From contig JAVECO010000125.1 of NCBI GenBank assembly GCA_051942205.1, forward strand, positions 49,027-69,026: a stretch of DNA of 20,000 nt, given 5' to 3'. The translations under genes and the position numbers were made by a program. Under the pieces are notes generated by a model. It was not told where the DNA came from and made no database searches. It worked only from the letters and a program-made list of their open reading frames with translations. Shown here piece after piece: positions 9,553 to 20,000 of the stretch (position 1 is its first letter; each line of letters begins with the position of its first letter). This DNA comes from Coniocarpon cinnabarinum. Taxonomy: Eukaryota.

Positions 9553-10400
9553 AATGGTTCGACCCACTCTGCCGCGCTCCCCTACCGCGTGAATCCTTTG
9601 AAGACGATGCTATTCCGACGTCGCAATCTCGTTCCCAGAGCATATTTACACGCTCGTGCTCACGATCTCCTCGATGGCCAACTGTCTGTTCAAAATTCAA
9701 TCCCCAGCGACGAACATGAACGCCTGCGCGGTCCAAAGTAGCCTGGACTCACTCCGAACCTGAACGGCGCGCGCTCCCATTGGGTCACCACGGACGCTAA
9801 GCCTCTCGAGGCCAAGTCGCTGGGTATACCGGTACTTGCCTTTTCAGGCAGCTTCCCGCGCGAGTGTGACAGGTAAGGTACCGTACCACATCTACCTGCT
9901 CACACGTGAGTTTGCCTACGCAATCATCATCGACGAACAACCATCCTCCACGAAAGCGCCGCATACCTCTCGGTTTCGCCTGCAGAATCGAACTTGTCGC
10001 CCGGCGCCCGAGCGTCACCGCAGCGTATCAAATAGCTGTCCTCGTAACCCGCGCACGAGCCTTCCCACCCTTCTCTCTTCGAGAAGCGGCCCCATCCGTC
10101 ACCGCAGACTAGAGCCGCGCTTCTACCCAGCTCTCGGCTGACGGCCCATCCTCTCGCGCCTCTCTCAAGCGGCCATCGCCAAAGCCATCTCCGACTTGAA
10201 ACAGCCAGCACTCATTATATCGCTCACCTTCGCATGCGGTTCCATACCTGAATTCTGCGCTTGGCCCGCACGACTCGTTCTTTTTCCCCGCCTCAACTCT
10301 GCGCCGCAACGCTCATTTTTGACGTCGCCAGCCCATACTGTCCAGAGACTGGCGCGCCTCTTCTTATCATCGTCCGCATTCCAAGTCACCGTGTGCCATC

Positions 10401-12708
10401 ATGGACAATCTACAGCGCGGACGATCTCCCTCAGCGGGACATCAAGGCACCGCTTTAAATAGATCACGTTCGCCCTCGGCGCAAGCAGGCTTCAATAACC
10501 AGGCGACTGCGCATGGCGCAGATCCTACACTTCTTCCTTCCACTACATCGTGTAGTCAGAATATTCCTGGCCAAACTCAAACGTTCACCGACTCGAGCTT
10601 CCTTGGTCCAGACTTCTCCGCGTCTTTCGCGCAACAGATAGACCCACCGCAGCCTTCATACAATCACACTCCACTCAATGCGCAAGATCCCAGCTTTTCG
10701 ACAGCTTTCAGAGACCAGCAAGGAATAAGTCCGCATAGCGATTACTCCACCAACGTCAACCCCCAATTCCTTGATACCAACCACATGAACGGCGCTCAAG
10801 GCATGCCTGATTTTTTCTCCCAAAATCCCAGCCCACATTCACAAACAGAAGACGACGGCCTCCTCAAGGACATGCAGACTTCTTTCAATACCATTCATAA
10901 TCCTCACATGACCCAGCCATATACTGGAGGTGTCTCTCCATTGCAAGATCAATCACATAACATGACGCACGGATACCATTCTCGTGGCAATTCTCTGAGT
11001 CCATCGAGTGCCGCAATGCCGTCGGGTCAAGCTGTACGCGAATGGGGTGGAATCGCTTTTCAGACACATCGCCGTGATCGATCAGCCGATGCCTTTTCTG
11101 AGCTATCCTCGCATCACTCACCTTTTGTCGATGCCGTAGAGACGTTTGAAGATTCCAGCGGAATATCTCCAAATCTCAATGGTCAAGCAGACCCCTCATT
11201 TGTCAATGACTCTCTGAACGGACTGGGCGACTTTTCAATTTCGGAACATAACATTCCTCACTCCCAACACCCCAGTCCTGGGCATAGCAATCACGTCTCG
11301 CCGCACATGTCACCTCAGCCCGGAGTCTCATTTGATGGCACTGAGCCGTTCAGTGTCCTCGCCGGTGATCCCGGACCGCAAATGTTTGACGCCACAGCTC
11401 CTGGGATGGAAGAATTTCCTAATGACCTGCAAATTAATGCAGGCGGTTTCGAGGGGACAGTGAACAACGACATGCCTCAGATTAATATCCAATTCGCCGA
11501 ATCTCGTCAGCCAACTTTCAATGAACCTAATTTCAAACAAGAGCAGGGTGGCGACGCGTTGATCCCACCTTCACGAAGTAAGTTGATACTGAGTATGAAT
11601 CCATCCAATCACTGACTGACAGCATCAAGCACCAAGTCGACGCGGCAGAGCCATCTCAGATCCATATGCAACTTCTGGGATAGCACGGTCGTCGTCACCA
11701 GCGCGCGCACGGTCTCCATCATTGGGATTACATCCTGGCACTGCAAGCGCGCGCGCATCTCGTTCTCCTTCACCTTCCGGACCTGCCAATGGCATTCAGA
11801 AGCCACGTGATCGCGCGGCATCAACGCCTTCGATTCCCGCTCGTGAATACATGCTGGGACTCGCGGATCCAGATCGCCAGCCGACTCCGTCCTCAAATTC
11901 TTCAGCCAGTGGCGTCGCTTCGTCGGGTGGGGAGAACGGCCGTGGTCGCGGTCAAAAGCATCCGGCGACTTTTCAATGCACGTTATGTCCGAAACGCTTT
12001 ACCCGCGCATACAATCTGCGCTCTCACCTCCGCACACATACAGATGAACGTCCATTTGTTTGCACTGTGTGTGGGAAAGCGTTCGCACGTCAACATGACC
12101 GCAAGCGGCACGAAGGCCTGCATTCTGGAGAGAAGAAATTCGTGTGCAAGGGCAATCTAAGTAGCGGTGTGCCGTGGGGATGTGGGCGACGATTCGCTCG
12201 AGCCGATGCTTTAGGTCGGCATTTCAGAAGCGAGGCGGGACGCGCTTGTATCAAGCCGCTGCTTGAGGAAGAAGCGAGAGAACGACGTGCGGCAGCTATG
12301 GAGCAAGCGAATCAAGATGTCATGCACCAGCAGCAACAAGCAGGTATGCAGGTGCCGACAGCGCAGATGGAATATCCGGCGAACAATGGTCCTGTGGATG
12401 TGTCGGGCATGACTTTACCAGCAGCACTTCTGGCTCAATATCCGGCGCTGGCAGGCATCCAGTGGGATGCTATGCCTCCCGCAGGTCAGGGTGGCTTGGA
12501 CCTTGACGACGGTGACTTTGACAACTTTGATGCCAGTGGGCGTAGTAGCTACGACCCGAGTAGTGGCGGTGAGCTGGAGTTTGAAGACGACGTGGCGTTT
12601 GATCCGTCTGTCATGGGCGGCACGCACGCCTCAAATCATCCGGGGATGAATCAGCCCATGGCCCAGACGTCCCAAATGGGACAGCAGGGTCAACATTGGG
12701 GATACTGA
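10401..12708 (+). CDS. crzA: Calcineurin-responsive C2H2 zinc-finger transcription factor CrzA/Crz1, ~751 aa; exons 10401..11577, 11630..12708
   Basis: N-terminal RGRSPS, a Ser-rich region and a PxIxIT-type docking motif PQINIQ (11475-11492). Intron 11578..11629 is GTAAGT...CTGACTGAC...CAAG, phase 1. Diagnostic zinc fingers: [86 protein letters not shown]-terminal [12 protein letters not shown]. Confidence 0.96.
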
Positions 12709-13210
12709 GATGTTGTGAGCGATGCAGAGCGTAGACAGGCCATGAGCCTTGCACTTTTGTATGATGATGTGATACCACTGTCATAGATTTCTGACTATAA
12801 CGTTTGCCAAATGACGATTACCTTCTCGTGACTGAGTCTCCGCATCCTCTCAAATACTTGGTCTGCAAATTAGCTGGCCCAATTGGTCGCAGTACAAATT
12901 ACAGACTGGCTGTCTCAAATGGCTGAAGTTGGTCGCTAGATGCAAGCAGACGATGCGAAAGAAGGTTCAGGTACAATGTAAAGATGGGAAACAAGATGAC
13001 GACCATTTTAGCCCCAATCTGGAAACGTCTGAATGGCTCCCCGTGGGTACCTGTGTATGTTCGACGACCTGAAAGAACCGCATTTACCCTCGCATCTCCA
13101 AGTCCACGTCGAAGAGTAGCTTACCTTTCTTTTAATTCCCTTCCTGTCCAAAAACGCCCGGACTCTTCTAGTCGCTCGCTCGCTCCATTCTTACGCAATG
13201 TGCTGCAGAA

Positions 13211-15452
13211 ATGACCCTTAACACTAACTCTCCCGTTCCCCGACCTGATTACTTCTCTCCTATACACTCACCTACCGAGACGACAGAGCATGATTCTCTG
13301 ATCCGATCCGTATCGCCGCCGCCACCTCCTCCTCGACACCCATCTCCGCCACTTCCGCCTGAACCGCCCCCTCCGCCGCCTCCTCCGCACGACTACGAAC
13401 ATCAAAATGGTCATCCACGCCCGCCGACATTCAAACATCCAAAGCCTCCTAATGAGCGCCGCCAGTCCTCTTTTGCCCAGCCTCGACAGACTCCCCGAAC
13501 AAACAATCGCGTTCGATTTGATGTTGACGAGCCGCGCCATCAGTCGCTGACGATTGATCCTGCATCGCTACCAAATGGGCATGCTCGTAACATCTCTACG
13601 GAGAGTGGGGCATCGCATGGATCGCATGGCTCACATGGAAGCATCAGCTTCCTCGAAGACTTCGACCCGCTTCACAGGCATGCTGACACTGAGGAAGACG
13701 ATGAAGATAGCTTTCATGCTGATGGTTACATGGATCATGGAGGACAAAGATTGCCGCTGCTGACGAACATCGAGGCACCGAGTGTGACGCTTGCGACCGA
13801 TGAAGGCTGGCAGAGCGACGGAGACTGGCGCCCAGAGAACTTGTTGGAGAGTGCGAGACCGAAGAGTGGGGTATGGAATTCCTTCATGAACATGGCTAAT
13901 AGTATTATGTGAGTCCGGGCAGACTTAACGGCGGTGCAGGTCGACGATTGGGCCAGTAGACTGACCAAAGAATCTACAGCGGAGCTGGTATTATTGGTCA
14001 ACCTTACGCACTGAGGCAGGCAGGACTGATAGCTGGGGTCGTGCTACTCATCGGGCTTACTGGCATTGTCGACTGGACGATACGTCTGATTGTGATCAAT
14101 TCAAAACTCAGTGGAGCCAATTCCTTTCAATCGACTATGCAAAAGTGCTTTGGCAGGTCCGGTCTTATTGCTATTTCACTGGCGCAGTGGTTATTGTGCG
14201 CTTACCTGTCCTGAGTTCCCATCCAGATAATTTGCTAACATTTATACAGTGCATTTGGAGGCATGGTTGCATTCTGCGTAATTGTTGGGTAAGATTTGCC
14301 TCAGAAGCTGGTAACACCTGTGCTTACGTGATTGAACAGCGACACAATTCCAGCAGTCGTATCGACATTTTTCCCTTCTTTTAGAAGCTCGAGTGTCTTA
14401 TGGATCTTCACAGACCGCCGAGCCGTTATCCTACTGGTAATTTTGGGCGTCTCATTTCCTCTGTCCCTTTACCGAGACATATCGAAGGTAATCCCGGACC
14501 TTAAATCGTTTTACATATGGTTGCTGACAGCTTCGAAGCTCGCAAAAGCATCAACAATGGCATTACTTAGCATGCTAATAATCATAATCACCGTAATAAC
14601 TCAGGGAGCTCAGGTTCCGCCTGAAGCCAAGGGGCCCATCAAAGGATCTCTATTCGTTAATGACGGCATTTTCCAAGCTATCTGCGTGATCTCCTTCGGT
14701 AATTTGATTCTCCTTCCCAATCAAAGTCACGTCCTTATTAGCATTTCCACTGATCCAGGGCTCTAGCATTTGTTTGCCACCATAACTCTCTTTTGATCTA
14801 TGGATCCCTCCGCAAACCGACTCTCGACCGCTTTGCCCGCGTCACCCACTACAGTACTGTCATCTCCATGCTCGCCTGCCTGGCCATGGCGCTCGCTGGT
14901 TTCCTCACTTTCGGCAGCAGAACTGACGGAAACGTACTCAACAATTTTCCCACTCCAGCCGACATGCCCGCCAGTTATATCCTCATGGTCAACATCGCTC
15001 GCCTATGTTTCGGACTGAACATGATCACGACCCTCCCACTCGAGTGTTTCGTTTGCAGAGAGGTCATGACGAACTTTTACTTTTCCCATGAACCGGGCTT
15101 CAACCTGGCACGCCATTTCATCTTCACCACCGCCCTCGTCTGCACGGCCGCCTTTCTGGCACTACTGACATGTGACCTCGGTGTCGTTTTCGAGCTCATC
15201 GGCGCCACGAGTGCCTGTGCGCTCGCGTATATTCTTCCACCGTTGTGTTACGTCACGTTGATTCGCCGAGCGCAGAAGCGGGAACGACGCATGGGAGGTG
15301 GGAAGGAAGGACGATTCTGGCTGCGACGAGAAGTCCTCGCAGCGTGTGCGGTCATGGGGTTTGGAGGTGTGGTTATGGTGATCAGTCTGTTCGGGGGTGT
15401 GGGGAAGATGGTGAGGGGGAGCGGTGGAGCAAGGGTGTGTGGCGTTGGATAA
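13211..15452 (+). CDS. AVT2: AAAP/Aa_trans family amino acid transporter (Avt2/SLC38A11-like), ~648 aa; exons 13211..13908, 13980..14195, 14250..14288, 14340..14487, 14539..14698, 14767..15452
   Basis: Five GT-AG introns (71, 54, 51, 51, 68 nt) give one continuous frame: FMNMANSIIGAGIIGQPYA..DWTIRLIVINSKLSG..FAFGGMVAFCVIVGDTIP..PLSLYRDISKLAKAS..ISFAFVCHHNSLLIYGSL..GNVLNNFP..TTLPLECFVCREV..ELIGATSACALAYILPPLCY. Confidence 0.92.
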
Positions 15453-15748
15453 GGCGTGCAAATTCTTGTACTGTAGATGAGGTGTGTAGCATGTATGATT
15501 AAGCTGTGAATTGCGGAGGTTCTGTTTCTATAGTGTGATTTTCTAAGAAGGTACCTGTGTGTAGAAAGTACCTGTGTGGCGAGGCAACGACACAAGGTAC
15601 GTCTTGGCACACTATTCTTCAAGACCCATAGGCTCAGAGTCGTCCAAGAAATTTTTAATGAACAACACAGACGAAGCAATGACATAGATCTCTGCAGACC
15701 CTATTGGCATCCGTTGGAAGCTCTGAGTGGAGTTGCGACTGTTGAAGA

Positions 15749-16837
15749 ATGCTCCTTCTGGTGAGCCTTCCCATCGAGACCATCCACAAAATCATCGAGG
15801 CATTGGACGACTCAGTGGATCGTGCCCAACTAGCACAGTGCTGCCGTTCTTTACGGAAAGCAGCAACTCCACTTGTATATCGTCATCTCGTCCTCCACAC
15901 CACGCCGTTCATTGAGTTGTTCAAAGAAGACGACCAACGCTCCGAAACCATATCACTCGTTACCAAGTGGACCCGGACGCTTTACATCTACCTCCATGAA
16001 GACGTCTTGACCCCTCATGACTACAGCAACGGTGTTCGGGTAGATATGCACAAGCCACAATCCATTGGGTGTACCCCAAGGAATATCGCACTCCTCAATG
16101 CGTTAAATCAGGTCCCCCACTTGACCGAAGTCGTCGCCATAGTAGGCCCATTCATCCCCCGTGGCCGGCGCGTCTTGGACGCCGAAAAACTTGACATATT
16201 TCTCGTTGAAGCATAGCATCGTATGGTATCCTATGCTGAAGCAGTTGCGGTCGCATATGCCCCATCCTGCCTTTTTCCGCGAGGACATCTGGCTTAACGG
16301 AGGGCTTTGCTCAGAGACGGTTGCATATGTCAGGAGCTGGGGTGTCTGAAATGAGGTCTCATTTCAGCCTGATGATTTCTCTTGTTGGAGACTCGTTGAG
16401 CGGCTTCGACACCCCCCGGGAGCGACCTTGGGCCTGCCATTAGGACAAGAAGGGTTTACCAGGACTCTGTGATCTCGAAGCACTCAAGGAACTCGAGCTT
16501 CCTTCATTGCTCTTGCCGCCAATACTGGAGCTCGCTACGCTTGCCAAGAATTGAGCACTTGAAGGTTAGTGACGAGCTCCCCGACTTCACACTCTCAGAG
16601 CCGTGGAGCACTAGGACCGGTTGGGTGGCGAGCATGCTTGCGACGCTTGTTGAGGATAGACTAATTGCTCATAGCCTGCAACAAGTAACTTTTAAGCTAA
16701 ATCACCGTCGGGATCAGCCTGAGTTGACCGCCCAAGAAGAACAATTACAGAAGGTTTGTGACAGAGCAGGCGTAAAACCCAAGTGGTTCATCAAGAAAGA
16801 CCTTGACGACCCCATGGATTGGTTCACATTCACTTGA
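15749..16837 (+). pseudogene. Disrupted F-box (probably F-box/LRR-like) gene
   Basis: The N-terminus LLVSLPIETIHKIIEALD..DRAQLAQCCRSLRKAATPLVYRHLVL fits the fungal F-box pattern. LRR-like segments (PKNLTYFSLK, LEALKELELP, LPRIEHLKV, SLQQVTF) lie in different frames separated by stops at 16214, 16347, 16441 and 16552. Confidence 0.55.
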
Positions 16838-16862
16838 ATTTATGAAATAGTGCGTTGAATCG

Positions 16863-17732
16863 TCAAAAGGCGTCACTTTCTCCCCAGAACGACATCACTT
16901 TTCTTTGCGCCCAACACGCCAACCTGAACTCGCCGGGTTGACACTGCGAGCCAAAGCCCATGGTCTGTAGCCAGCTGAGATTGCTACGCTGCTTCGCCAT
17001 TTCCGGATCGTCTGTGCCCACCACCTTGGGTGCAATCACCACTTTGGGTTGCTTGACGACGGGCGCCAGTCTGGGTGTGTACATTTCACAGCTGCGCTCC
17101 TCCATTTGAGAGCCAAACCCACGGTGGAAACCGTACTTCAACACGAGACCCTCCGACCCGTCGGGGACGGGGCAGAGCCACCAGTTGCTGAATTCGCCTG
17201 GGGTGTCAAGAGTGCGCAAGATACCGTTGGGCCATTGGTGGTTAGGAATGCGGCCATTGCCCCACACGCCGTAGTCGCCGTCGAGACTGGTCTGCTCTGG
17301 CGTCACGGACTGCATGCTGATGTACTGCCCGGCTTGTGATAGGTGTTCGAGGTCGACGGCCTGTGAGACGAAGGTCGTCACTGAGTGATCATCGTCGTTT
17401 ATGAAAGCTGTAGAGAGAGTGTTGTTCTTCAAGAACCATGGATGTGATTGGCAGTGCGGCGATGTGCCAATGTAATATTGCTCTGAGTACGTCGCAGGAA
17501 GGACGCAGAGGTTCGGGTAAGTAGGAGCGCCATCGTGTTGCGAGGAGAGCGTGGCGCTCAGATGGTAGGGCCCCGGAGCCGGAGGTTCTCGGTCTTCTTG
17601 TGCTTGTTGCTGCTTCTTTGAACAAGGAATGGATCCCCTCCGATCAGGGTGAAAGGCATTGTTCGTCGGCGCTGCCGCTGCCGCCACCGTCAAGGCGGAT
17701 AAAGAGAGTGTCAAGATGGAAAATGAATACAT
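16863..17732 (-). CDS. Secreted hypothetical protein, ~289 aa
   Basis: ATG at 17732 (ACCATG) begins the signal peptide MYSFSILTLSLSALTVAAA(AA)-APT. A dibasic RR follows a short pro-region. The protein has 7 Cys and N-glycosylation sequons NNT and NLS. The ORF-track 5' extension to 17885 has no ATG. Confidence 0.8.
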   Translation of the reverse strand: MYSFSILTLSLSALTVAAAAAPTNNAFHPDRRGSIPCSKKQQQAQEDREPPAPGPYHLSATLSSQHDGAPTYPNLCVLPATYSEQYYIGTSPHCQSHPWFLKNNTLSTAFINDDDHSVTTFVSQAVDLEHLSQAGQYISMQSVTPEQTSLDGDYGVWGNGRIPNHQWPNGILRTLDTPGEFSNWWLCPVPDGSEGLVLKYGFHRGFGSQMEERSCEMYTPRLAPVVKQPKVVIAPKVVGTDDPEMAKQRSNLSWLQTMGFGSQCQPGEFRLACWAQRKVMSFWGESDAF

Positions 17733-19612
17733 GGTCCTGCCTGCACGAAAACACCTGGGTATTCCAGTACCGCAGGTGCACCTAGATTGTAAAATGAGAG
17801 GAAAGTGGCTTGTTGAGGAAATGAATGAAGGATTGAACGAAATACAAAAAGCAATCAAGCTGCAGCTTAACGAATGGAGGGGCACAGCAGTTTAAGACGA
17901 CAGCGGACCTAAGAATAACAAAGAACTGGTCAGACGCGGCGTAGCAGCGGCAGCGACCCCTCCGAACTTAGATCTGGACAGAGCGCAAAGGATGCCTGGC
18001 CCGCGGGGGCCATTCTCGCGATGAAGCCACCAACCTGGAGGGACAAGTGTTCTCCTACGCTGTTCGTCTCATGCGCGGGAGACAGAGCGCTTTGGCTCTG
18101 AGACAGAAGGCTCGCGGATTGGCCCCGTTTCGTCCTTGCCGGCCTGTGTCCCTAGCAGATCTGAATACCACTGGCCATCGTTCCAGCATATTTCCAGAGA
18201 GGCCAGGTGGCCATGCCTGGGATGGACTGACCGCCGTCACGCTCGATCCTAGCAAAGCGACTTCTCGTCCCTGCGCTCTGAAGGGTCTGATACTTACGAG
18301 GGTTTGCATTATTCAACAAGTCCTTGAGTTCGTCTCAGCAACGAACGGCCCGCTGTGCGGCTCGGTGGCGTCGTTTTTAGTGCGTTTCACGTCCGCGCGC
18401 GGCTGCGCTGGAGCGGCAACAGTGCGCAGTGCATCCAGAGCCTATTGCCAGATCAAGGAGTCCGGTGACAGAGAGTCAGATGGCTGCCTGCTTCTTAGAC
18501 AGCGCGTGAAAGAATGAGATGCCCCTAGCCGGACGGAGTGAGGTTGAATTCGACCCATCCTCAAAATCGCTATGCATACAAGGTTACCTCAAATCGTAAT
18601 ATTGGCTGGCACATGGAGGCTTCAACCGTCATCTTCCCAGAAAATTTTGCTTTCAACATGCATGCACTCTGACAATTACACTGGCACCCACAACACAAGC
18701 CTACAACGCCTGGACATGGGCTGCCGGCCATCTGATCCACGTTGGTTCTATTCAGCGGCCCTAAGTCGTCGATGAAAAGGTCAATGTGCTAGTACGAATG
18801 ATGTCGGGAACAGGAAATGTTTTCGTCCTTCAGGGAATCAAGCGGTAGTCCAGCAGTCCTCGTTTGGCCATGGAAGAAGTCATGCAAGCTTATTAGTTCG
18901 CAGCGGGCTTCTGGCGAAATCGTGAAATCTATTCTTCACTTTCATTGGGCGTGCAATTGGAGGAACAGTGCCAACTCTCTGCGTCATAGATAGCCTTTGA
19001 GAAGTAATGCGTAGCAATTCACCGAGCAAACGAACCTAGCTCGCGATATATTGCCAAGCTAATTGTAATGTTCGAGACACCATAAACCTGATGAGAGGAG
19101 CGTGTAGACTTTGCAGACTTCAAGGCGATATCGCAGGGCTACCTTGCAAGGCCTCAGATCACGTCTAAACACGCTTGCGATGTCCGAGCCAGGCGAATGA
19201 GTAATCGAAGATGAAGTTCGTCCGATCAAGAAACACGCTGCATTGAGTAACCCAGACTCCTTTGCTGACTAAGCAAATATTTTTCCGGATCCCTTATATC
19301 GCCAAGACTTTTGAGGTCTACCGACTGCGACTGTCTGAACAACCTTGCAGGGCAGCGTGCCTATCAGTCGTTGATATTCTCGAAATACAACCACTCATCT
19401 CACTAATACACTGTCCCCGACTGCTACGCACAGGGTTCTCAACGAAGCCATGATGACGACTTAGGCACCGGTACCTGTCTCTGCCCTCCCTACCTGCCGC
19501 CACTGCCTAGTCCTCACGCATCTCGACCTCCCTCAAACCCATCCTCCTCTGACCTCCATCGCCATCTCCCCACCTCTCTTTTCTCTCACGATTCTCTCCG
19601 TCCGCCCCCAGC

Positions 19613-20000
19613 ATGTCCGCCAAAGCCACCGGCGCCCAACCCAACGGCACCCCCAACAACACCACCAACCGCACCCACCACGACGGCAGCAGCACCCGCG
19701 CCTTCACCCCCGAGCAGAAAACCGCCGTCCTCCGCATCCGCGCCTGCAAGGCCACCGCCTACTACGACATCCTCGACCTCACCACCGAGCGCACCACCGT
19801 CACCGACGCCGGCATCAAGAAGGCGTATCGCAAACTCTCCCTCCTCACCCATCCGGACAAGAACGGCCATCCCGGCGCGGACGAGGCGTTTAAGCTGGTC
19901 AGTCGTGCGTTTCAGGTGCTCAGTGATCCGGAGAAGAAGAAGAGATTTGATACGTTTGGCGGGGATCCGGATAGTAGATTTGGTGGTGGTGGTGGAGGGG
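19613..20000 (+). CDS. HLJ1: ER-associated J-domain chaperone (Hlj1/DNAJB12-like), 3'-partial
   Basis: Manual translation: MSAKATGAQ...RAFTPEQKTAVLRIRACKATAYYDIL...IKKAYRKLSLLTHPDKNGHPGADEAFKLVSRAFQVLSDPEKKKRFDTFGGDPDSRFGGGG. It has a J-domain with HPD followed by a G/F region. Absent from the ORF track because it runs off the window. Confidence 0.9.
   Translation, partial: MSAKATGAQPNGTPNNTTNRTHHDGSSTRAFTPEQKTAVLRIRACKATAYYDILDLTTERTTVTDAGIKKAYRKLSLLTHPDKNGHPGADEAFKLVSRAFQVLSDPEKKKRFDTFGGDPDSRFGGGGGG

Noticed and set aside
9529..10462. Small ORFs upstream of crzA as uORFs
   Set aside because: The plus-strand ones open at non-ATG codons in the track and have no coding signature; the region is C/T-rich promoter or 5' UTR.
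12984..13214. 76-aa ATG ORF overlapping the AVT2 start (ATGA)
   Set aside because: Its ATG lies upstream of the pyrimidine-rich tract (~13120-13200) where transcription probably starts; likely coincidental.
18047..19503. ORFs in the 1.9-kb divergent intergenic region
   Set aside because: No recognisable domains, codon bias or convincing splice model; no TIR, LTR or tRNA signature seen.

Overview
Gene-dense euchromatic window from a filamentous ascomycete (Pezizomycotina; coding-region introns of 51-118 nt, mostly with CTRAY branch points). Gene order: ALG11 mannosyltransferase (5'-truncated, +); a ~1.3 kb degenerate tandem array of ~140-153 bp units; a two-exon orphan gene (+) whose stop overlaps that of a convergent PQ-loop (Ypq-like) vacuolar transporter (-); palA/RIM20 (+); crzA/CRZ1 (+); an Avt2-like amino acid transporter (+, 6 exons); a disrupted F-box-like gene (+); a secreted orphan protein (-); and the 5' end of an HLJ1/DNAJB12-type J-protein (+, missed by the ORF track). 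I found no RNA genes, recognisable transposons or CRISPR arrays. The least explained element is the ~9-unit repeat array at ~1790-3110, whose unit spacings are mostly codon-phased. Next most notable are the palA-crzA adjacency between two vacuolar amino acid transporters, candidate Crz1 and PacC sites upstream of crzA, the 7-nt CDS overlap and a recurring GTACCTGT upstream motif. All family assignments come from motif recognition by eye, not database searches.
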